Shown here: piece after piece, positions 15,263 to 23,017 of the stretch
Layout of the letters: every line of letters begins with the position of its first letter
Position numbering within the stretch: the stretch's first letter is position 1
NCBI GenBank assembly: GCA_964373695.1
Contig: CAYJVT010000009.1
Location: 1-34,851 of the forward strand
Length of the DNA stretch: 34,851 bases
Direction of reading: 5' to 3'
Origin: an uncultured archaeon
Lineage (GTDB): Archaea; Aenigmatarchaeota; Aenigmatarchaeia; GW2011-AR5
Program-made: the position numbers and the translations under genes
Notes under the pieces: generated by a model
Databases searched by the model: none
The model's input: the letters and a program-made list of their open reading frames with translations, nothing else
What the model was told of the DNA's origin: nothing

Positions 15263-16237
15263 ATGGCTGAAAACTTCGACCCTGTATGGATGATAATGTT
15301 CATCGTAAGGATAGTCTTCGCCGTCGGCATTGTATTCTTCATGTCATTCCTCATACTTTCCATAACCATAACACTTGACGACGACGAGCTGAAGAGGTTC
15401 TCACACGAGCTCGCAGAGAACTTGCTGAACTCTGAACTGACAGCAAGCAAGGGCGTGATATCGGAGGCGAAGCTGGAAAGATTCATATCGGATTCTGCTG
15501 AAGTCATAAGGAACAATTATCCTGGCCTTTCAGACGTCCAGAGAAACAGGGTGCTTGGCGATGAATCTCCGCCGTATCCAAATATAGAGCCCAATTTCGC
15601 AAGGCATTGCCTGATAGGATACAGCGCGTACATAAGGGAAATAAACGGCGACGGATTCTGGGAATTCGGATACAGGTCTTGGGGCCTTGAGGAATACGGG
15701 CTTGCAGACGAAAACTTCAAGTCATCCCAGGAAAGCTTCCCGATATCCATAATGAAAGAAGACGGCTCGCTTCGGCAGGCGGAAATGGAGCTGAGGGTTT
15801 TCATAGACCCCATGAGCCGATACTCCTGCCTTGCCGAGAGGGCCAAGGCGGCGAAGGAAAAGCAGGAGCTGGGCATGCCTCTTTGCACTATTTCCAAATG
15901 CAAGGTGTCAATAAGAAATTTTTATGACAAGAATAATTACATATGCGAATTCAAGATAATTACCTCCCCCGCAGGCGGGCCTGAGCCTGAATACACATCA
16001 TGCAGATACGTGCCTGACGTCAGTGTAATACCTTCGTCCTTCACCTACTTGAAAGACGAGAAAAAGAAACTTGTCGCATATCCTGTAAAGGAAGGAGCCC
16101 CATATGCGGATATCATGAGCGACCCTGACAATGCTATGCAACTTTCATTGGAAAACTGCGACTCAATTAAGACAAACCGGATAGCAACCAATACAGACAC
16201 TGTAGGACATGTGGTTTTCTGCATGGAGCCAGGATAA
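15263..16237 (+). CDS. Pilin-like membrane-anchored protein with Cys-containing C-terminal domain
   Basis: MAENFDPVWMIMFIVRIVFAVGIVFFMSFLILSI. The ATG directly follows the upstream TGA in frame. Confidence 0.85.
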   Translation: MAENFDPVWMIMFIVRIVFAVGIVFFMSFLILSITITLDDDELKRFSHELAENLLNSELTASKGVISEAKLERFISDSAEVIRNNYPGLSDVQRNRVLGDESPPYPNIEPNFARHCLIGYSAYIREINGDGFWEFGYRSWGLEEYGLADENFKSSQESFPISIMKEDGSLRQAEMELRVFIDPMSRYSCLAERAKAAKEKQELGMPLCTISKCKVSIRNFYDKNNYICEFKIITSPAGGPEPEYTSCRYVPDVSVIPSSFTYLKDEKKKLVAYPVKEGAPYADIMSDPDNAMQLSLENCDSIKTNRIATNTDTVGHVVFCMEPG

Positions 16238-16238
16238 C

Positions 16239-17108
16239 ATGAAAGGACAGTCATCATTGCCGGAGGACATAGGATGGACGATATTCATAGTCATAGCAGT
16301 CATTTTCGTGGCCATAATATCACTGTCGCTTACTGCAGCATCCAGGCTCGAGAATTATGGGAGGGGAAGCAACCTCGTATATTCCCTGTATTTCGTCAGC
16401 ATATCAACGGAGCCCTACCTTGTCGGCGAATCTCTGTCGTTTTACAGCATAGGCGACAGGCAGTTCTTCGAGCATGCCCTCGAAAGCGCTGTAACGGGCT
16501 CCCTCGAGAGCTCGTCATCATTGAATGTTCCGGCAGAGCTGAAACTGTTCATGGAGGCTTACGAGTTCCGCAGATACATCGTCGAAATAAGGAGCGGCAG
16601 GAAATCCATCTTGAATTTGGATAACATTCTCAGAAAATGCGGTAGCGACTCCAACAACGACAACATCCCTGACGGGATATGCGTGAACAAGTATAACAAC
16701 GACTTCACCTCATGCGGCATAGGCAGGAGTGAGATAGACGATGCCGACGCATGCAGCTTTTACCAGTCATGCTGCACGGATGACTCGTCTGCAGTGCCGG
16801 TCGGCATAACGGTGCAGAGATGCGGGCCGCAGGATGCCGGCATATGCTCGAAGAACCTGGCGCCTCCTACACGCAGGTCAGATATTTTTATACCGACGTG
16901 TATTGATGGCCGGGACTACTATCCCGATACCAAAAATAATTGTAGGGACACAAACAACGGCGAAACACCCGTATGCTGCGTTCCAATAACATCGCAGAAT
17001 CTTGCAGCATCGGAGACAGCAGCTTCTGCAGAAATACCTATGTTCTTCAAAGGAACTTCCGGCTACGACAAGGACTCGGATAGCTCCATAGAGGTGACCA
17101 TAGGATGA
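16239..17108 (+). CDS. Class III signal-peptide pilin-like protein with two 6-Cys modules
   Basis: MKG|QSSLPEDIGWTIFIVIAVIFVAII (classic archaeal KG|Q site) and two C..GIC..C..C..CC repeats. Confidence 0.88.
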   Translation: MKGQSSLPEDIGWTIFIVIAVIFVAIISLSLTAASRLENYGRGSNLVYSLYFVSISTEPYLVGESLSFYSIGDRQFFEHALESAVTGSLESSSSLNVPAELKLFMEAYEFRRYIVEIRSGRKSILNLDNILRKCGSDSNNDNIPDGICVNKYNNDFTSCGIGRSEIDDADACSFYQSCCTDDSSAVPVGITVQRCGPQDAGICSKNLAPPTRRSDIFIPTCIDGRDYYPDTKNNCRDTNNGETPVCCVPITSQNLAASETAASAEIPMFFKGTSGYDKDSDSSIEVTIG

Positions 17109-19369
17109 AGAAGGGGGCCGGCACAACTATAGAGTCCATCATGATACTGATAATTATACTGTTCTTTTTCGCCATATTCCTTGCTCTCATGTCGAAATCG
17201 ACTACCAAAAACGTCCAGCTCAACACGGAAACTCTGGAGCTGTCAAAGCTCTCCAACACGTTCTACCTTCTCAACAGGTCGCTCTACACGACATGGTACG
17301 TGTCGACAGTGCAGACGCTGTTCACGGCAGGATTTGACGGGCTTGGCTGCGGGTTCGACAACACGGCAATGCGGCTGGGATACTGGTACGAAGGCAGGAA
17401 CGGCAACCTGAAGGACGAGAGGAACATACGATTTCCTGTCATAGTGCCCGAAGCCGTGAAGACGGGCGAGCCGTTCTTCATAGAGACGTATGATGTCAAC
17501 GGCGCTTCCGAAACAAGATACGCAAGGATGACATGCAGAATTGGCGAAGAGATGGCAGCACCCGGAGAGATAACAGATACGACATCCGGCTGCACCGAAA
17601 TAGGGCCCGGAAAGGTCGAGAAAATATTCATAGAGACGTCAGTTCCGGCAGACGGCTCCTACAAGATTTTCTCATGCTCTGTCAGCAAATACTCGGACGG
17701 CCAATGCACTGACATTGTGGTAAGGGGGGTGTCTGCCATTGTTGACAGGAATTTCGCGGCCGGAGGCGGCCTGAAGCAGAACCCTGACAGGAAATACACA
17801 TCAGACACAAACGAGGCCTTATGCGTCCCGAACGAGGCCCTGATGTCGCACTTTCTAAACCGGACATTCTCGTCTTACAAGAGCATAAGGAGGACTGCCG
17901 ATGCAAACGGCATAAAGATATACGTCGGAACGGATGACCCTGAGAAGAATTCCGAGAACAACGACATAATATCCGAATTTTTCGTGGGCCGCGACAATGT
18001 CAAGAACCGCGTAAGCCATGAAGTGCGCCTTGAATCGGTTTCGAGCAGAATCGACACAAGCATCGTCCATGACGTGTCTCTGCAGGCAAACTTCTCCGAC
18101 ATGGCCGACAATGCAAGGCAGGCCGTCGGCTACCTTATCACGCTTCGCGACAGGATGACCAGGAATACTGATGAAACCGGACTAATCGATATAGACGGAA
18201 ACCTTGTCTACAGGGACGAAACATTCAACACGGTGACTCTTTATCAGGAATCCGTGCCAGAAACCGATGCAAACGGCAGCCTTGTAAGGGACGGAAACGG
18301 GAATTATGTCCTGACGGCGGGCGACGGCAAATCAAGCTATACGAGCAGAATAAGGGGCGTCATGAACTCGCAGATGCCTTCGGCGCCCAATCTTGACGTG
18401 AGCGTAAAGGAAAACGCCATGTCATTTGAGGCGCTTCCCGGAGAAAGGGGCCTGGCGCTTCATTACGACATTGACGTAAGCTTCTCGGAAAAATCCACGA
18501 AGTCCCGGAGAGAAATTAAAATAGGCCTCCAGAAGGACGCGAGCAAGACATTCGGCTGGCAATGGCCGACCAACAGCAGGAGGATAACAAGCTGCTTCGA
18601 CGAGGCGAGGAAGAACGAGCGCGGCAGCGGCGTTCACAAAGGACTTGATATAGGAAGCAATGAGCCCGGCAATCCGTTATACGAGGACGTGGTATATCCC
18701 AGCTTCCCGAAGGCATCCCTGCCGTTCCCTCTGAAGGTATCTAGAACCAGCGATTCGTGTGCGGCAGGCAGCGAGTCGTGTGGGGGCGGCTACGGGAACT
18801 TCGTCGAGCTCGAATACGACACCGGAGAGGGGAAGATTTACTTCCTGTACGCGCATCTTGAAAGCGTCGGCATGAACGTAGGAGACGAGTTCTATTACGA
18901 GCCGGCAACCAATCCGACGGTTGGCATGATGGGAAACACTGGCCGCTCCTCAGGAAAGCACCTGCATTTCGAGGTGCGGGACGAGGACGGGAACAAGCTG
19001 AACCCGTGCGACTTCATAGACTGCGGCGAAACGACGCTCCGCACATGCGGCTTCAGCGGCACGGACGAGCCCGTGGTCGTGGAGGAAGAAACGGACAGCG
19101 GCTATTATTTTTACGACGACGATTCAAACAGATTCTACAAGAGCCCGATGCAACTCCGAATAAGCGCGGAGGGCTACCTTCCGGCAATCGACTGCATATT
19201 GTATCAAGGCTCCCGCATATTCCTGTGGGAAGGGCAGGATATAATGGCATGTTCAGAAGGAAAGCTATATACATGCGGCGCTGCAAATAATATCCAGGGC
19301 CTTTCAGATGCCCAGAAAATAAGCCCGGGCCAGAACATTCCGGGCATGATAATCTCCTGCGGTGCGTGA
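17105..19369 (+). CDS. Class III signal-peptide pilin-like protein with M23 (LytM/lysostaphin-type) metallopeptidase domain
   Basis: MKKG|AGTTIESIMILIIILFFF. M23 motifs: WPT..ITS.F, HKGLD (nt 18635), GGYGNFV, YAHL, GNTGRSSGKHLHFEV (HLH at nt 18959-18967) and NP. Confidence 0.92.
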   Translation: MKKGAGTTIESIMILIIILFFFAIFLALMSKSTTKNVQLNTETLELSKLSNTFYLLNRSLYTTWYVSTVQTLFTAGFDGLGCGFDNTAMRLGYWYEGRNGNLKDERNIRFPVIVPEAVKTGEPFFIETYDVNGASETRYARMTCRIGEEMAAPGEITDTTSGCTEIGPGKVEKIFIETSVPADGSYKIFSCSVSKYSDGQCTDIVVRGVSAIVDRNFAAGGGLKQNPDRKYTSDTNEALCVPNEALMSHFLNRTFSSYKSIRRTADANGIKIYVGTDDPEKNSENNDIISEFFVGRDNVKNRVSHEVRLESVSSRIDTSIVHDVSLQANFSDMADNARQAVGYLITLRDRMTRNTDETGLIDIDGNLVYRDETFNTVTLYQESVPETDANGSLVRDGNGNYVLTAGDGKSSYTSRIRGVMNSQMPSAPNLDVSVKENAMSFEALPGERGLALHYDIDVSFSEKSTKSRREIKIGLQKDASKTFGWQWPTNSRRITSCFDEARKNERGSGVHKGLDIGSNEPGNPLYEDVVYPSFPKASLPFPLKVSRTSDSCAAGSESCGGGYGNFVELEYDTGEGKIYFLYAHLESVGMNVGDEFYYEPATNPTVGMMGNTGRSSGKHLHFEVRDEDGNKLNPCDFIDCGETTLRTCGFSGTDEPVVVEEETDSGYYFYDDDSNRFYKSPMQLRISAEGYLPAIDCILYQGSRIFLWEGQDIMACSEGKLYTCGAANNIQGLSDAQKISPGQNIPGMIISCGA

Positions 19370-19373
19370 TGTC

Positions 19374-19679
19374 ATGAAAGGAGTTTCGCTAGCGATAGAA
19401 ACGGTGGTGTTCATCATACTCGCCGTGCTCGTCCTGACAATACTGCTGTTCTTCTTCACCAGCCAGTCAGGGCCGGCGCAGCAGGAGATAAGCCTGCAGA
19501 GGCAGCGCGCCGAGATATGCGGCCGGATTGCAACTGCCGACCCCAAGTGCGAGACCTTTACAGGAGTCTCTGGTATGGACAAACTTATAACGACATGCGC
19601 CGGCCTTAAGCTGTGCACAGCCGGCCAAGATAATGAGGCTTGCGTCAAGAAATGCTGCACGATATTCTGCCCTGTGTGA
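19374..19679 (+). CDS. Small Cys-rich type IV pilin-like protein
   Basis: MKG|VSLAIETVVFIILAVLVLTILLFFF, with 8 Cys in the C-terminal half. Confidence 0.88.
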   Translation: MKGVSLAIETVVFIILAVLVLTILLFFFTSQSGPAQQEISLQRQRAEICGRIATADPKCETFTGVSGMDKLITTCAGLKLCTAGQDNEACVKKCCTIFCPV

Positions 19680-19683
19680 TTAT

Positions 19684-20022
19684 ATGGACCTGTTCCTTTC
19701 GAAGGACGAGAAGATGGGGAAGCTGGAGAAAAGGCTGAACTCCCTTGAGAAGAGCACCGAAAGGAGGTTTGACAGGAGCGACGAGAGCTTCGAGTTCTTC
19801 AAGTCCATTATCCTGCAGATGCAGAAGGAGAACGCCCAGCTGAAGAAAGACAGGGACTATCTTTTCACTTCGTACAGGAACCTCCTCGACAGGCTTTACG
19901 ACTCGGCGCTGTCGGACGAGCTGCGGAATTTCATAGAGCCCATGAGGAAAGGCATGAAGGAGAACTTCAATCTCATACAGCAGGCCGCGAAGGAAGGCCT
20001 GGTGGAAAAGAAAAGGAAGTGA
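19684..20022 (+). CDS. Coiled-coil protein, unknown function
   Basis: Charged helical 112-aa ORF. The ATG lies 4 nt after the last pilin gene. Confidence 0.75.
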   Translation: MDLFLSKDEKMGKLEKRLNSLEKSTERRFDRSDESFEFFKSIILQMQKENAQLKKDRDYLFTSYRNLLDRLYDSALSDELRNFIEPMRKGMKENFNLIQQAAKEGLVEKKRK

Positions 20023-20074
20023 TTGTCAAAGAACAATAGATTCTTGGTGAATTGAATTATACATAGTTACAAAT

Positions 20075-21436
20075 TTATTTCTCCTTTCTTCTGAAGTCAT
20101 ATAGAAATTCGTCCTTCTTCTTTTTGTGCAGCTTCTGCTGTTTTGGCTGCGTCCATCCCTTTTCCGGATGGTATCCGGTCGGGGAGCCCTGGGGCCAGAA
20201 CAGGTATGCGAGAACCCCGATGATGCCGACGGCAGCAACGCCCGCAACAACATAAACAGGATTGATATCAATTCCCAAGCCGCATGTTCCCGGCGCCGTG
20301 TTCAGTATCTTCTGGTTGAGTTCGTCAAGGCCTTTCGTGACCTCCTCAATAAGGGTGTTTGCCCTGACGTAGTCCTTGGCGTCAAGGTACTCCTGGATTT
20401 TCTTCATCTTTTCTTTTATCTCGTCCCGGTTGCTTTCAAGGAGCTTTACGTCTGTGCACGTCTCTGCGAGGCCTGACACCTTCTTCTCAAGCTCGGAAAG
20501 CCTGGAAGACGCATTGTTGTAATTAGGAATGATTTCTTTCTGCACCGTCTCCTCGGTCGGGATGACAAAGACCTTGAAGCTCATTGAGGTGGATACAGAA
20601 GAGTTGCTCGTAGCAACGTTCGCCGTCACGTCGTACACCTTGGCTGTCGCATCCGAGGGGATTATGAATTCCATTCCGAAGGTCGCGTTGGCATTTATCG
20701 TTATGTTGAGCCTGTCAGGCCCTATGCTCACCCACGATGCTTCAATTCCGGAGACGCTCACGGAGACGTTGAAGAGGGTCCTGTTCCCTGTATTCTTTAC
20801 TACAATGGTTTTCAGCGCCTTTGTCCCCTGGGTTATGTTGAAGTCAGAAAGCGACGACAGGACGCTTATTTTCTGGTTGAAATCGCCGGTGCTTGAGGAA
20901 GAGCCGCCGCTGGATGAGGAGCTTGACGAGGATGATGAAGCGGCGCACGCGCCGGCAGAGCATGTGTTGTTGCTGGAGCATGAAGTGGATGAACCCCATG
21001 TGCCGCTCGAGCATGTGCGGTAGCTCGTCGACGTGTCGCATACAGACGAGCCGGTTGCCGTCGCCGTGCCGTTGTGATAGCAGCTCGTGATGCCAGTAAG
21101 GTTGCACCATCCTGCCCTGCCGCCCCCTCCCGTGCTGTCCCAGTCGAGGAAGCACGCATAGCCGAAGCACTCATATCCATTGTTGCAGTAATCCACCGTA
21201 TAGGCATAGATTCCGGTGACGATTGACACGTTGGATGTGGACATATTAAGCTGGCCGCCCGTTTCCGCAAGCGACGCGGCGGAAGCCGCAATCACTATGA
21301 GCGCCAGTCTGCAAAGAAGCTTCGCTTCTCTGCGGAGACATTTTATAATGTCTCCGAGATGCCAAAAACTCACTTTGAGATTCTGAAAAGTCCTGCCTTT
21401 CAAGAAAATTCCATAATTCATCAGTATCACTATCAT
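20075..21436 (-). CDS. Cell-surface glycoprotein: Cys-rich region, poly-Ser linker, Ig-like (CARDB/NEW3-like) domain, coiled coil and C-terminal TM anchor; start uncertain
   Basis: Signal-like LALIVIAASAASLA, Ser tract, IVVKNTGNRTLFNVSV Ig-like motif, TM VYVVAGVAAVGIIGVLAYLFW and a basic tail. Confidence 0.8.
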   Translation of the reverse strand: MIVILMNYGIFLKGRTFQNLKVSFWHLGDIIKCLRREAKLLCRLALIVIAASAASLAETGGQLNMSTSNVSIVTGIYAYTVDYCNNGYECFGYACFLDWDSTGGGGRAGWCNLTGITSCYHNGTATATGSSVCDTSTSYRTCSSGTWGSSTSCSSNNTCSAGACAASSSSSSSSSSGGSSSSTGDFNQKISVLSSLSDFNITQGTKALKTIVVKNTGNRTLFNVSVSVSGIEASWVSIGPDRLNITINANATFGMEFIIPSDATAKVYDVTANVATSNSSVSTSMSFKVFVIPTEETVQKEIIPNYNNASSRLSELEKKVSGLAETCTDVKLLESNRDEIKEKMKKIQEYLDAKDYVRANTLIEEVTKGLDELNQKILNTAPGTCGLGIDINPVYVVAGVAAVGIIGVLAYLFWPQGSPTGYHPEKGWTQPKQQKLHKKKKDEFLYDFRRKEK

Positions 21437-22716
21437 TCAGAGCGGAACAGGAAATTATACGTAGACGACCAAGAATTTGTTATGATAGTTCCGGTTGGTA
21501 TTATCATCCTCATAACCACATAATACAGCGTGCCTTCGGTGCAGCATCCCTGCACTGGCATCGAATAATTGTAGATATATGTAATGTTCATTATGTTCGT
21601 CCAGTTCGCATTGTCCCTCAAGGAAGCATAAAATCCGTCCCCGGTCGAGTTTGTGAGCGAAATGTTGCCAAGGGCGCTTGTCCAGTTCGTGAGGTTCATC
21701 TGCAGCTTGCCAGTCATGTTGGCCGTGAAATTGAGCGTGAAGTTGAACTCCCAGAAGTCTGTGCCGTTGACAAGGGCTGTGCTTTTCGTTATCGAAACCG
21801 ACGAGACGTTGACAAGCTGCTTCATCGTGACGTTGTTCACGGTGCTGTTCGTTTCTGTCGGAAGGGTCGTGAAGTTCGAGCCGGAAACAGTGGAGTTGAC
21901 GGCAACGCTGACTATCGTGGACGCATTGGTCGTTGCGTTGAAGAACACCTTTATCCTTGGTCCGGCTCTGAGGGTGATGCCGCCGCTTCCGAAAGAAACA
22001 TTCAGGCTCCTGGACGAAGTGGTGGCCGAATAGTCGCTGGAAGCGGCGCTCAGGTTGATAGAATCCTCGACATTAGAGACGTAAGGAGTGCCGAACCCGA
22101 AGGGAAGCGTTATGTTGAAGCCGTATATCCTGTCCAGGCCTTCATATATGAACGAGTAGACAAAGCTCTGGTTTATCACGTTGGTGTCGACATTCCGCGG
22201 CGTTATGGTGCCGTTCACGTGCATATCCTGCACCTGGGCGCTTGACGACTGCGCGCCGAGCGTGGACACGTTGTCAGCCGAGTTGTTCGTAGTCAGGCCG
22301 AAGCTCATGTTAACGGCGAAAGTTGACGTCCTGGTCGCGTTCCTGCTTATGTTTATCTCGACTATCATCGACCTGTTCTGCCACAAAGTGACATTGAATC
22401 CGCCGGAGGGGCTAAGAATAGTATAATTCGTCGTCGTGTTCCACGTAGTGTTTGTCGCTATTATAGAGCCCGTCTCGTTTATCAGCCTCACGAGAGTGAC
22501 ATTCTCTACTCCGACGCCTTTTATGGTTATATTGAGCGATGTGACATTGATATCGGTCGCGGTGGCGTTGAACGAGAGGTTGAGAAAGCTGTAGACAGTT
22601 CTTGTATTAACGTAAGAGGGGGCCAGGCTGGTTCCATTCACTGTAACATTGCCTATGGCAAGCGCAGGGGAGACCAGAACAGCAGCAAATACTATGAACG
22701 CTATCAAAAACTTCAT
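21433..22716 (-). CDS. Secreted, very heavily N-glycosylated surface protein
   Basis: Sec signal MKFLIAFIVFAAVLVSPALA, about 40 N-x-S/T sequons by manual count, beta-rich composition. Confidence 0.88.
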   Translation of the reverse strand: MKFLIAFIVFAAVLVSPALAIGNVTVNGTSLAPSYVNTRTVYSFLNLSFNATATDINVTSLNITIKGVGVENVTLVRLINETGSIIATNTTWNTTTNYTILSPSGGFNVTLWQNRSMIVEINISRNATRTSTFAVNMSFGLTTNNSADNVSTLGAQSSSAQVQDMHVNGTITPRNVDTNVINQSFVYSFIYEGLDRIYGFNITLPFGFGTPYVSNVEDSINLSAASSDYSATTSSRSLNVSFGSGGITLRAGPRIKVFFNATTNASTIVSVAVNSTVSGSNFTTLPTETNSTVNNVTMKQLVNVSSVSITKSTALVNGTDFWEFNFTLNFTANMTGKLQMNLTNWTSALGNISLTNSTGDGFYASLRDNANWTNIMNITYIYNYSMPVQGCCTEGTLYYVVMRMIIPTGTIITNSWSSTYNFLFRSE

Positions 22717-22774
22717 CTATTATCCACTATTTACTTATTAGAATAAGCCCGATATAAAGATTTTTCCCCTTCAG

Positions 22775-22975
22775 CGTCCCCGGCGCGATTCGAACGCGCG
22801 ACCCCTTGCTATCAACCGGCATCGTCCTCATCGCCAAGAGTTCGGAAGCGCTTTGCGCTTCATTCGACTTGGCTCGGTTCACCTCCGTGCCGATAGGAGG
22901 CCTGCACTTGCCTTCATGACGAAGGGCAATAAGTGCTCTTTTCGGGAAGCTCTATCCAAACTGAGCTACAGGGAC
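22775..22975 (-). tRNA. tRNA-Arg(CCT) with three introns (14 nt in the D-loop, 29 nt at 29/30, 83 nt at 37/38)
   Basis: Removing 22953-22940, 22930-22902 and 22893-22811 gives a 75-nt cloverleaf: acceptor GTCCCTG/CGGGGAC, D GCTC/GAGC, anticodon stem CTTGC/GCAAG, loop CT-CCT-AA, T arm GCGCG-TTCGAAT-CGCGC. BHB central helices are TTGG/CCGA (intron 1) and GCAC/GTGC (intron 2). Confidence 0.85.
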
Positions 22976-23000
22976 ATTAGGATTATTAACAACCAAAAAG

Positions 23001-23008
23001 CATATATG
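23001..23008 (-). promoter_or_regulatory. Candidate TATA box for tRNA-Arg
   Basis: CATATATG 26-33 nt upstream of the tRNA 5' end. Confidence 0.45.
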
Positions 23009-23017
23009 CTCAAATCC

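Noticed and set aside
20893-20945. Ser-codon low-complexity tract as a repeat or contingency locus
   Set aside because: Codons are mixed rather than a pure microsatellite; an ordinary linker.
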